Origin: Sminthopsis crassicaudata | Lineage: Eukaryota | DNA length: 64,000 nucleotides | NCBI RefSeq assembly: GCF_048593235.1 | Contig: NC_133620.1 | Span: 396,581,261 to 396,645,260 of the forward strand | Direction: 5' to 3' | Shown here: piece by piece, positions 51,656 through 64,000 of the stretch | Layout: each line of letters starts with the position of its first letter | Numbering within the stretch: position 1 is the first letter of the stretch | Position numbers and translations under genes: made by a program | The notes under the pieces: model-generated | What the model was told of the DNA's origin: nothing | The model's input: the letters and a program-made list of their open reading frames with translations, nothing else | Database searches by the model: none

Positions 51656-54600
51656 AGCAACAATAAAATTGACATAACATTAATCTTTCCCAAACTTCAG
51701 AGCACTTTAAACAGATTTCACATATGAAACACAATTTCCAAATTACATGAAATGAACAGCTTCTCAAAATGTATAGAACTGGCAGTAAAGATCAAAATCA
51801 TGTGGAACTAGGCCAATCTTGGTATCTTGTTTGTTAATAGAATAATAGAGATAGGTCTACTAATGGAGATGAGCTTATATCACACTTTTATTCAACTTCA
51901 AAAACCAATTATTTTTATCTAACTGTAGAATAGACTATAGATTATTAAAAAGAATGACAACAAGATAGTAACTTGTCTCAGGATTTTTCATCTACACCAT
52001 CAAAAAAACAAGATAATAAGATAATTGTTTATATGCTTAGGGATATAATAACTTACATTTCAGAAAATATCATTTATATATGCTACAGAAAAATAATATG
52101 CAAATATCCAAATGCAAACATATTCTTGGTATTAACAGAAAATGGGTTACAATACAGTCAAAGCTGTCTGCTTACTCCAGGATCTTGAATCGACTCTATT
52201 CCAGATTACTTCTACAGAATCCTTTCTATTATGGAAAAAGTAAAGATTCCAGGCCTGAGATGTCTGGAGTAACTGTCCACTCTAGAAATGTGGGCAATTC
52301 TTTTATTTGTTCTGACTGAGAGATGGTCCCAAATACTTAGAATCCTATCCACACAGGCCAAGAATCTGAACTAAGTGGTAGAATGATTTTTCATGCCTGT
52401 TCTAAACATAATTTCCCATCAAACTGATCGAGATCCCAGAGTATCACTTGCTTCAAGTGACTGAATAAATATATTTTTTCCCCAAGTGCAAATGCATTTC
52501 ATCTCAGACTTGAGACTTGTGATACTTGGTGTTTCTGCTCACTTGGGGGCATGAGGGATCTTTGAGATTTGTTACCCTAAATATCTCATCTTGATACATT
52601 GGAAAGAGTTGGGTTTGGAGAAAAGATCTCAGTTCAAATGCTAGCTCTGCTACTTGCAACCTGTGTGATCTTAAGAAAGTTACCTACCCTTTTTAGGCCA
52701 CAGATTCCTTAGTTATAAAATGAAGGAATTAAATTAGATGATCCCTTTCCAGCTCTAATTTAATAATCCCATGAATGTTTTGTAGAAATGAGACCATGAA
52801 GGATACAAGCCCCAAAGGAACAAAAATATATTAGAAAACTGGTTAATTTGTCATATTTTCAGACAAACCATCAAATTGAGATTAAGGTTTTAATTTTTCA
52901 AGAAATATGGCAAATCTTAGTGTTTTCAAAATTGAGTTGGTTTTATTTAGATTTTAAAAGAAATTTCCAACTTCCATGTCAATGACACAACAAATCATAA
53001 TAAAAAATATCCTCTGTCTTTTTTGTTGATATGTTTGTCTTCTGATAAGCTAAATAGATAACAGAAAATCAATACCCTTAATGATATTCAGAGGCTCTCT
53101 TTTAAATCCGTAGGAGAAATCTTGATCAAACGATTCCTTTTTGTCTCATTCTCTTTCATCAGGAAAGTTAGATGTGGAAAAGACCCACCAGATCATAAAT
53201 TAATGATCCTGTGGTAATGCAGATGTCCCTGCTAATTAATAAAAGGAAGTGAAATATGAAAGCATGCAAAATTTCAATAGATTTCATATCAGAGAGAAAG
53301 ATGGGAAACTTGTTTTCCCTATGCCTTGGCATTCTTTGGACATAGCCCAAAGAATAGACTTTGACAATCCATTTAGCCCAAGATTCTGAAGGCCAATAGT
53401 TCTATTCAAATAAATTTTCCTCCCTAATGGAGACACAATTATATTTAGGTAATCTTCACAGTACTGAAAGGATTCATGCTCAGGACTTTAATGTGATATG
53501 CAGAATTGCTGATGGTAGAAGACACCATCCCACTTCAATTTTCTTTTCAGGTTTCCATGATTTCTCTTGAGATAGCCTGCTTAGAAATCTTTTATAGTGA
53601 TTAAATTCAACAAACTTAAAAAAAACCCTAACCATTCTGTTCAAAATACATGAGACACTGGAGATAGAAAATAAAAAATTGAACAGTCCTTGTCTTCAAG
53701 AAGCTTGAAGTCTCCAGATTGGTGGGAGATGATATAATATTATTATAGTATTTACAGTATAAAGCAAATGGAAGAAAAATAGAGAAAAGGGGGGGGGGAG
53801 AAGAGAGAGACAGAGAAAGAATACAAGTTCCAGTAGGAAAAGTTAAAGATAGGTTTGAATAGTATATGCCTCAAGCCTCTATCTTGAGATTTCTCATCTG
53901 ATGATGATTGCTCTCTCTTTGATGATCTCAATTCCCATCTGTTCAATTTTTATTTCTATGCAGAATTCCCAAATCTACATATCCAGTTTTCATCTTCCCT
54001 CTCCCTCACCCCCCTGAATTCCTCACATGACCAACTTCCAGCTGGAGAGATCTATCCATTTCAGTGTTTCATAGTGGCAATAAAGGGAACAAGGATTTAT
54101 TAAGCACCTACCTTGCACCAGATAACTGTGTTAAGCACTTTATAAATATGATCTCATTTTATCCTCACAACAGTCCTGAGAATAGGTTTCTATCTAGCAT
54201 TCTAGATTGATTTCACACAACTGCTCCATGTTGCAGCCAAACCAGTATACTTGCTGTATGTAAGATAGCCATCTTCCATCCTCTTATGCTTAGAATGTTC
54301 TCCCTCTTTACCTCTACCTCTTGGAATACCTAGTTCCCTTTAATTAATCAACCAACCAACATGAATTGATTAAAAACTTAAGTGTCAAGTACTTCACTAG
54401 ACACTGGGGACATAAATACAAAGAAATTATTCCTACTCTTAAGGAAGCTACATTCTAAGGGGAGACAAGAAGAGCATATATAAATATAAACAGAATAAAT
54501 ATAGATGATGAAATACAAACTCTATAGGAAGGAAAAGCACTTTCAGGTGGGGGGATCAAAATATGTCTACATGTAGAACTGGAGCTTCTGCTACCTTTTG

Positions 54601-56364
54601 AGGAAGGCATGCATTCTAAGCAAAAGGGATTGCTAATACAAAGGCATGCCTTGTTTGAGGGACAGAGAGAAGGATAATTTGCTTGGTTTGTTTCATATAG
54701 GAAAGCAGTGATGTCCATTGAGGCTGAAAATGTAAGCTAGGACTAGGTGTAAAATGCTTTATCCTAAAGGCATTAGGGAATCAATGGATGGATGTAATCA
54801 TTGATTAGGGGAATGATATAATCAGATCTATCTTCAAGGAAAATAGCTTTGACTGCAGCAGGGAGGACCAAAGGGAATGTAAAGATACTTGAGGCAGGGA
54901 AACCAATTTGGAGGCTGTTGTAATAAAGTAGACAAAGGGCTATGGGGACTTGAATTAAAATTGCAGCTATATGAATGAAGAGAAGGGATAGATATGAAAG
55001 ACATTGTAAAGATAGAAATGGCAAAAATTTGCAATTGAATCGATATGTGGGATGAGAGATATGGGAGGATTAAAGGAGAATGTCAAGATTTTAAAGCTGA
55101 GTTACTGCAAGAAATAAGGAAGTTTGAAAGATACATCAATTTGAAGAACAGAGCACAAGTTATGTTTTAAACATACTGAGTTTGAGATGTCTTCAAGGCT
55201 ACATTTTATCTAAGGGCTATATCCTACTTGAGACCTTTCTATCCCCTCCAGATTACTTAGTATTCATTTTATATTTGCTTCTCTGTGTACCTGTGGTTTT
55301 CCCCAAATAGACTGAAAATTCTTTAATGACAGGAGCTGCTTAGTTTTTACCTTTGTAGCCTCAATGTTGACATAGCAAGGTATAGTGAATAGAGAGCAGG
55401 ACTTAGAGTCAAGAAGACCTGGGCTTAGGTCCCATTGGAGAAATAAAGGCTATGCAACCTGAGAAACTCAATTGCTTAGTGCTCCAGTCAACTCTCCAAG
55501 ATTGTAAGTTGCAAAGAATGTGCCAAATTGCATTTTTTAAGAGAAATTTCTTCATTGGTAGTTCCCCATACCAATAAAATAACAGTGAAAATCAAATCAC
55601 AATGAAGCCAAATGAATTAATATATCCAAAAGTTCTTTGCAAACATTAAAGTACTACATAAATTTTATCTATTATTACTATTATAGATATCATTATCCCA
55701 TCCCATTCTATCTCATCCCTAATGCTTATTATAGTTACCAGCACATAACAAGTATTTAATAAATGCTTCTTATTGAAAAGAGAGGTTTGCCATGGCAGAA
55801 AGAGGGTTCATCTCAGAGACAGAAGTAAAAGAGGATAAAATGGATGAAAAAATATACAGGTTTTGAGTTAAGGGGCAAGAAAAATGAGGGAGCTATAAAT
55901 GATTGACTTCAATTTTCCCAGTAAGAGAAAAAAATCACTGCTGAGGGGGTAAGAGAATGGTGGTTAAAGGGGTCTGAAAAGACAAAAGATGATTTAGGAT
56001 ATCTGTGTAGATTTGGTTGTGGTGTGAAAGATTATGAAATCAATTTGGGAGGAATAGAAGTATTACTTTGCAGCAATCATGACCTAATTGAGATTAAGTA
56101 ACATAAATTGGTTTAGGGCCAAGCTGTCAGGAATGCTTGACTTCCTCCGTTGGTATTCACTAATATTGAAGTAGGACTAGAGAAAGCAAATGGTGGGGAT
56201 AACAGGGTTGGGTGTTGGGAATGCCTGGGCAGCCATAGGACAAGGGACAAGGTGTTTGTTTGTAGAGAATAGTATATGGATTAATTAGTTAAATCTAAGG
56301 TCAGGGTTACAAAGGGAAGAAACAAAACTCAGAAGTGATGATTAAGTGATGGTATATGAAAATA

Positions 56365-56770
56365 ATAAAATATTGTTGTTCTATAAAAAATGATCAACAG
56401 GCTGGTTTTAGAAAAGTCTGGAAAGATTTACATAAACTGATGTTTAATGAAACAAGCAGAACCAGAAAAATATTGTACATAGCAACAAGATTGTGTCATG
56501 ATCAACGATGATAGGTTTGGCTCTTCTCAGGAATTCAGCTATCCAAGGCAATTCCAATATACTTTTAATGGAAAAATACCATCTGCATCCAGAAAGAGAA
56601 CTATGGAGACTGAATGCCAACTGAAGCATACTATTTTAACCAGTTTTTTCTTGTGTATTTTTTTCTCATTGTTTTTCCCTTTTGTCTGATTTTTCTCTTC
56701 CAATATGAATCACACAGAATTATGTAAAAAATTGAATATACATGTATAACCTAAAAATAATTTTTAAAAA
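56365..56770 (+). mobile_element. Older L1 3' fragment
   Basis: CTGGAAAGATTTACATAAACTGATG..GCAGAACCAG..GAACTATGGAGACTGAATG. Confidence 0.75.
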
Positions 56771-57879
56771 GAGTAATGGGCTGGCAGAACAAGAAAGGTT
56801 GAGGGAATTAGGTCACAATAATGCTGAAATATATGTTATAGATTATTGCAGTTGACTATGTCTCTGTGTGGATGAGGCTGAATGAAAGTCTGGGTCATGG
56901 AAATTTCGGGAGCTGATGTATATTGAGTTCCCTAAGTACAAATGCAGAGGTTGAAGTGGAAAGGAAGATTATTAGTCAGTATCCTGAACTTCTTGAGGAA
57001 GGAAGAAGAATGACTAGGGAGCTAGAGGATGACTAAGAACATCTGGGAAGAATGATGTAGACAGATATGGTGAGTCTTAAAGGAAAAGGAAAAGCTGCTT
57101 AGTTATGGTAAAAGAAGGAGAGTCTGGAAGTAGTAGTAAGAGCAAGAAATATACCTACTGATTCTTCTGGCTAAGCATGTTGGGGAGCATGTGAAAAGGA
57201 ATAGTACAAAATGGGTAGGGAGGTAGAATTTTACAAAATCAAGAATAAAGAGGAATTCATTCTCAATAAAACAGGGATTCTAGAGAAAGAAATGGAAAAG
57301 GCAGTCAGTCACTGATTCTTCTGTGTTTGGAAATTTTTTTTGGTAGGGGGGGAGAAGGAAGGACTATATTAGGATGCTGATCTATTATTCATTAGCAAAC
57401 CTACACGGGAAAGTAAGAATTTAGTGATTCTCTCAAATGAAGGTAACTTGAAGATTTAAATAAGAATGTATATATGGATTAGGGGAGGTATAGGAGAGGG
57501 GAACTCGTTTGAATTATGTGTCCAAAGTATGGTTAATATTTGTGGCACAAACAGCATTTCCTATTTTAATAACTAAAAAAACTAGAGGAGATAGGATACA
57601 ATACAGTCAGTCGTGTGCTAGAACTGTCATCAGGAAAATCTGGATTCAAATTCCACCTCGAATATTTACTATGTGTATTACTACTCATATAACTATGTGT
57701 GACTGTGAGCAAGACCTTTAAACTTCCTGTAAAAGAATTAGCATTTTCCCATATTGATAACATCCCAAGTACTTGAAATGTTGACACATTACACAAGTAA
57801 ACACCAGACACTATGTGCCATATTAAGTAGATAATTGGCCTTATTAATAGGAATACTTGGGTTCATGTCCTTGACATCT

Positions 57880-58512
57880 ACTGGCTTTACTCAAAGTCTC
57901 AGTGTTCCCACAGCAGATGTCCATCTCTATTGTATATGGAGTTTCTTTGTCCTGGAATTCCCAATACCATAGTCCCTAGTTTATATGAAAAGTTATACAT
58001 AGCACCGCTGGACTACTTCCCCACCTTGCACTGGTAAGTTATAGGATTACCTCTATGGAGCTGCACTCTTAGTATTGGTGTGCTTTCCATTTACGATTAG
58101 TTAATAATATTAATTTGCTCTTAGAAAAGACATTTACTCAAATGGCATAGCAAAAATAATTGTTATAAAGCTTCTCTTCCCACCACAAACTTATGATGGA
58201 CTATTCCACGAATATACACTATGGTGTGGGGAAAAGTGTGCACAATCTTAAAGAACAATGGTAAAGGGATTAAGATGGAAGATATTTTTAATTACTAAAC
58301 TAAAATCATGAATCCCTACCCACAAGATCCTGCAGAAGAAGTAGATCCTGTGATTCAGCAAGTACAGAAAAACAAGTGCTTCTTTCAGCTGTCTCACCTG
58401 AATGGAGATGCAATCCATTCTTAAGATCCATAAGTTTATTTGATTCTCCTATACAACCATCCCATCAAGAACAGCAGTGTTCCTTGATGTAAGGAAGAAC
58501 AGTAAGACCATT
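57880..58512 (-). mobile_element. Second decayed copy of the same L1 EN region
   Basis: 58262-58512 aligns to 41008-41235. Decayed TSRNTAVL, VGIHDFSLV and LLWE motifs. Confidence 0.45.
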
Positions 58513-59554
58513 GCTCATAAATTCTGCTGCGTGTTCTTTCTCTCTGTCTCTTTTTCTCTTTTTCTGTAGCTGTCTCTGAATGTCTTTTGTCTGTCTTTCT
58601 CCCCTTCCGCAGAAATTCTGCTTGTTCTTGGCTTAATTCTCAGATTTGCTTGATCTCAGATAGTGGAAGAGCAGCAGCTTACCCTCTCTTTTTTTTTTGA
58701 CAGTTCACACTGCTTCAGAGCTTATTCTTGGTGAGAAACTTCACCCTAAACTTAAGGTGACAATCTAATACATTCCCCAAATCTTTAATTCTGCATAAAT
58801 GGCCTAACTAATAATGGTCATTTGCTCAATAATCACTGAACAGTCAGCTAGGTCAGAATTCCTCAGGTTATTCATGGTTGTTTTTCACTCCAGTGTCCTT
58901 CCCTTGGTCTGGGACTGGGAAAAAGGTAGACAATTTTTACCCCACAGGCAAGCTCATTGTTTCCTTTGGTTTTTTCATTTGCAAATGAGCTACTTAAAGC
59001 TTTACCTCCTTAATTAGATGGTTGGTTGGTTGTTGTCTTGTTCTTGAAGAAGACCCAAATGACATCACTATGTTAGAATCAAGTTACTGTATGGCAAACT
59101 GTGACCGATCAATCTAATAGGAGCTCAGAATACTCTATCACAGGTTAGGTGTCCACGTGAACATTTGAGTTGGATTCTTTAACTTTATGCATTTTGCATT
59201 TCTTTTGGGCTAATTCAATCCTGCTTTAGTCATAGAGCACAGCACCTTCTTTGATGAGGACAAGCCATTCTGGACCTATATCACAGAATTGATTCCAAAG
59301 TTCTTAAGAGAAATTTTGAGGGTGTCCTTGTATTGCTTTTCCTAACACTTTGTGAGCATTTGCCCTTTACTAGGTATAGAATGATACATTGCCATCTGAA
59401 AGAGGTTCACAGTCTATGGGGTACAAATGAATTTTGTTTGGGAGCTGCCCTTTATATCTCAACATCTTGGTCACTATTTCCTTAAAACCAGTTAATTTGC
59501 TGAAGTGTGAATGGGACATACCCTCACATGTATGTGTACATATACACACTTATA

Positions 59555-60577
59555 CAAGCATATCTTGTTTTATTATGCTTTTTATTGCCCTTTGCAGATA
59601 CTGGTGTGTGTGTGTGTGTGTGTGTGTGTGATATTTATTTTACAAATTGAAGGTTTGTGGCAATCCTGTGTTGAGCAAGTCTGTGGGCACTATTTTTTCC
59701 CCAAAAGTATATGCTCGAATTGTGTCTCTGTGTTACATTTGGGTAATTCTCATAATATTTCAAACTTGTTCATTATCATTATATTTTCTNNNNNNNNNNN
59801 NNNNNNNNNNNNNNNNNNNNNNNNNNNNNNNNNNNNNNNNNNNNNNNNNNNNNNNNNNNNNNNNNNNNNNNNNNNNNNNNNNNNNNNNNNNNNNNNNNNN
59901 NNNNNNNNNNNNNNNNNNNNNNNNNNNNNNNNNNCTCTTCTAGAGCCTCCCTATTCCTTAAGTAGCAATATTGAAATTAAATCAAATAATAATCCTACAA
60001 TGGCCTCTAAATGTTCAGGTGAAAGAAAGAGTCAAGTGAAGTGACAAACTTCATGGTTATGTTGTTTTCAGAAATTGCCATAGCTCCTCCGACCTTCAGT
60101 ATCCACCACTCTGATCAGTCAGCCCCCATCAACATCAAGGAGAGACTCTTCCCCAGGAAAAAGAGTACAACTTGCTGAAGGCTCAGATGATGACTAGCAA
60201 TTTTTAGCAATCAAATATTTTTGAACTAAGGTATAAACATTTTTTAGACATAATATGGGGCAGCTAGGTGGCGCAGTGGATAGAGCACCAGCCTTGAATT
60301 CAGGAGGACCCAAGTTCAAATCTGATCTCAGACACTTGACACTTCCTAGCTGTGTGACCCTGGGCAAGTCACTTAACCCCAGCCTCAGGGGGGAAAAAAA
60401 GACATAATACTATTTTATAGTTAATAGAATATAATTTACTATAAACATAACTTTTATATGTTAGTGTAAACATAACATTTATATGTATTGGGGAATCAAA
60501 AAATTGCTCTTTTGAGATATTTGCTTTATATTGTGATTGTCTGGAACCAAACTCATAATATCTCTGAAATATACTTA
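59555..60577 (+). mobile_element. Tigger1-like (TcMar) internally deleted DNA transposon
   Basis: TA|CAAGCATATCTTGTTTTATT start, TTTTACAAATTGAAGGTTTGTGGCAA, end GTCTGGAACCAAACTCATAATATCTCTGA. Contains a (TG)n tract, an N gap and a WSINE1. Confidence 0.85.
60257..60400 (+). mobile_element. WSINE1-type CORE-SINE inside Tigger1
   Basis: GGGGCAGCTAGGTGGCGCAGTGGATAGAGC head, B-box GTTCAAATC, A tail. TSD AGACATAATA at 60246-60255 / 60400-60409. Confidence 0.9.
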
Positions 60578-60599
60578 GATACAGTATATATAAATACAT

Positions 60600-60629
60600 G
60601 TGTATATGCGCATTGTGTGTGTGTGTGTG

Positions 60630-60677
<48 letters not shown>

Positions 60678-61160
60678 GTGTGTGTATGTGTATGTGTGTG
60701 TGTATTTGTTGTTATTGAGTAATTTCAGTCATGTATTACTCTAACCCCATTTGGGGTTTTCTTGGCAAAGATACTGGAGTGGTTTGCCATTTCCTTTTCC
60801 AGATCATTTTATAGATGAGGAAACTGAGGCAAACAGGGTTAATGACTTGCCCACAATCGCACAACTAGTAAATCTCTAAGACCAGATTGAACTCAATTCC
60901 TCTTGACTCCAGAGCCAGTACTCTACTGTGCTATCTTACTTGCCATAGACATTTATATAAATACATAGACATAGACATTTATATAAATACATATATATAT
61001 ATACACATATATTATGTATATGTATATATGTACACATAGACACATATATGTATATAGACACATATATGTATATATAATCAGTTAAATATCTGTGGAGGCA
61101 TATATACATATTTATATCTACATCTATTTGTATAACTATCAATCTACCTAGAGAGATTTA
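60600..61160. repeat. (TG)n/(TA)n microsatellites and AT-rich low complexity (others at 3755-3820, 14570-14780, 25470-25580)
   Basis: Direct inspection. Confidence 0.85.
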
Positions 61161-63636
61161 TATAGAGGTAGCTAGGTAGCACAGAAGATGGGAGTATCGT
61201 CATGGAAATTCAGTGCATCCTTCCTACCTCCTGCAAAGTATGACTATCATGCTTATATAATAGACCCTTGTCACATAGATTGTCCCCATCTCATTGCCAC
61301 AATGAGACCTGGAATTCTTTAATTTAATTTAATTTAATCCAAAATTCCCTGATTTAGAATGACCTTAGGACTTGTTCCATGGACCCAGCTGGATAACATG
61401 TAACATCTGGCAAGTCACTTGTTTGTCTCAGTTTGCTTCACTGTAAAATGGAAATAATAATAAGATCCCCTAGCACCCAGGGTTGTTGTGAGGATCAAAT
61501 GAGATATTTTAAAAAAAAAAATGTAATACCGTGTCTGGCTTGTGATATGTATATAAATGCTTATTCCCTTTCTTCCCATTTCTTTCTATAATGATATCTG
61601 ATTCTGTTTTCTCTCTTGTAAGATGAGGATAAGAATACTGATAGTGCCTATCTAAATGGGATGGTTGAGGATCCAATAAAATGTCAGGATACTTTGAAAA
61701 CTTGTGTCACTTATTATTATCATTATCAATATTTACTCCCCTGTTGCTTCCTCATTTCTAATAAAATCTTTATGAGACAGAGTCAAAAATAAGGCAAAAC
61801 ATAATTTTGGCATATTGACTTCTGAACCCCACTCCCTTCCCTTCCATTTATTTGAAATCATTGAAGTTGAACTGGAATTGGTATTTTTCCATGTTGCTAG
61901 CCAAGTGCATGGGAGGGGAAGAGGCCTCCTTTGTGGAACAGTCCCCACTCCTGCTTCAAGAATACCTTCTCTTTTTGTTGGCGTCTGTTGTGAAGGGGAC
62001 AGTGATTCCGTCCGCAATGCCAAACGTGAACCTGCCTATTTTTATTAGTTACCATGGCAGTGACTAAGAGGGTCCTCTGTGGAGCCTAAGGACTCTTTAC
62101 CATTGAAACAAGGACAATGGGAAAGTATGTTTTCTTGACCCATTGCAGGAAATCCTGCCCTAACTTAAAGGGGAATGCAGCATTTCCATGTACAGCTAGC
62201 TAGCTAGTACTATCCCAGTTCTCGGCAGTGGGCCAGAATGAGCGAGCCTTGAAGAAAGAGAAAAATTTACAGCCTTTTGACCAAATCAAATCATTTCACC
62301 AAGTACTCCCATTTAGATACCATTGATCTCACCTATTTAAAGGGCAGTGAAAATTCTTTCCAATTGCTCTGGATCATTTGGAAAGCACTTGCTGGTGATC
62401 CATGTACTTCCAAACATCTAAGAGAGAAATAGGGATGCAAATATTTCCTCTAACTCCCATCATTGCTGAACTCCACTTCTTGGCTTATTTTTTTTTACTT
62501 TGGAAGTTGCTTTTGTACCTCCACTCTCCATATTCTAATACAAATGATAATTATATTCTGGAATTTTGAGCTAGAAAGGGTCCTTAGAGATGGAAAAACA
62601 AAAGCTACCTTGTGGCAAAAGAAACAAATGACTGAGCTTGATAATTTTATTCTGGAAGTCACTGCCTCTAAAGGGGAGATATGTATGGGTATCCTATGTA
62701 TGTGTGTTTATTTTTCTCTATTTATAGATATGTATCCTATATACCCTTTCCCTCAGCCCCAGTAGAAATCACAAAGATACATTAAGCACAACTGTCCTGC
62801 TGTGCATTGATATTTCTGTCCCTTGCAGAGGGTGACTTGTCGTAACATTGATGGCTGTCTCCAAACAAAAATAATGAGAGAAACATCTGTCTCACTGTTA
62901 CTCTCTTTTCCAGGCAAATGACACTTAAGAATCTTAGGATTCTTATTTTAGACTTGTTAAGTGCTCCCAGAAAAAAAAAAGCCATCTCCCCAGTGTTCAT
63001 AGAGCTCTCTCTTAGGCCTTAGGTCTGTGGTCACTTTTCCCTCATTAATGTATTTAAGCCTTTTCAAAGACCCCAAACACTAAGGCCAAGTCATTTATCT
63101 ACTTTTCTAACACTATCAGCTTGGAAAAGAAGTAAAGGAACCGATAGAATAGCTTCTCATATGGATGCAGCTAATTTTCTCTTCCTCTTTTAAACATGAC
63201 AGAGATATTCTTGGAAATGTTTCTACCAGAATCATTTGATGTTTTTAAAAACTAACTCTCATAGCAAACTACTTCAGGGATGAAATATGATCAGTATTGC
63301 TATCTTAGGAGAACAGAAAATGATTTGAGCATAGGCACACAGACCTACCCATGTACTCTGAGTCACACGCATAGAAATACTCAGATATTGCATACATGCC
63401 TAACATGCTTTAACATGAAAGTTTATGTCATCAAGCCATTATGATGTTATTACAAGTTACAGGAAAGACTGAGAGCCTTTGTCTCCTACATGAGATGGAA
63501 ATTTGGTTTTAATGCCACAAAGTCGGGAGGCATAGAACACCTGCTTTAAAAAAAGTTCTCACCCTGTTTCACTTTGGCTCACTTAGAATCTTAACATTTT
63601 AGAGTGGAAAGAGAAATTAGGAATCATGTTCTAGAC

Positions 63637-63821
63637 CAGGGGATCTTAACCATTCCAGAGGATTCTGGAATTTGGATGGGAAAAAAAATGCATGTCTAAT
63701 TTCCACTGACTTCAAGTTGGCTCTTCCTTCTATTGTTTAGAAACATTACTATAAGTAGGCATCCATAGGCTTTAACCAGATGTCAAAAGGGTTCTTAACA
63801 AAAGAGAGTAAAAAATTCTTG
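63637..63821. mobile_element. hAT-Charlie (Charlie4-like) internally deleted element
   Basis: CAGGGGATCTTAACC start, TTGGATGGGAAAAAAA and CCATAGGCTT..ACCAGA segments, NTCTAGAN-type flanks. Confidence 0.6.
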
Positions 63822-64000
63822 ATCTAATCTAATCCCCTCATTTTAGAGATGAAGAAACTGAGTCCCAAGGGAGATGAAGTAACTGCTCAAGATAAGTCTC
63901 TGAGCAAAACCATCTATCCTCTTTTCTTTTTTTTAATTTCCTGTCTTTGCCATCAATCTTAGTTCTCAGTGAAGTGAATTAGTAGATAGAGTACTGGAGG

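Noticed and set aside
57914-58033. 120-nt symmetric plus-strand exon (RCPSLLYMEFLCPG...) with a GTAAGT donor
   Set aside because: Lies antisense to a decayed L1 fragment, a common source of cryptic sites, and the peptide is not recognised.
1-64000. CRISPR arrays, tRNA genes, operons, ERV/endogenous viral elements
   Set aside because: None seen. tRNA-like A/B boxes occur only as SINE heads, and no gag/pol/env or viral ORF remnants were recognised.

Overview
AT-rich, repeat-dense vertebrate genomic DNA. The repeat content (WSINE1, Mar1, MIR, L2, L3/CR1, marsupial-type L1, Tigger1, Charlie4, MER63) points to a marsupial, probably a dasyurid; this is an inference. There are five N gaps and no prokaryotic-type features. 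The only credible protein-coding gene is an intronless, intact PTPMT1 copy (28952-29563, minus strand). It is a retrocopy bounded by a 14-bp target-site duplication (TSD), inserted into an L1 3' fragment that itself sits inside a MIR. The retrocopied segment carries a 268-nt GC-rich leader with GC-box, CCAAT and TATA-like elements, so it is a candidate functional retrogene that brought its own promoter. Other notable items: a near full-length AmnSINE1; a 58/59-bp inverted repeat around old genomic DNA (possible inversion scar); an internal L1 fragment with a TSD and no tail; an L1 with a short 3' transduction; decayed copies of a divergent L1 lineage; a candidate minus-strand terminal exon; and enhancer-like blocks. 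No host gene could be identified. Repeat family names come from recalled consensus sequences, and many boundaries are approximate.
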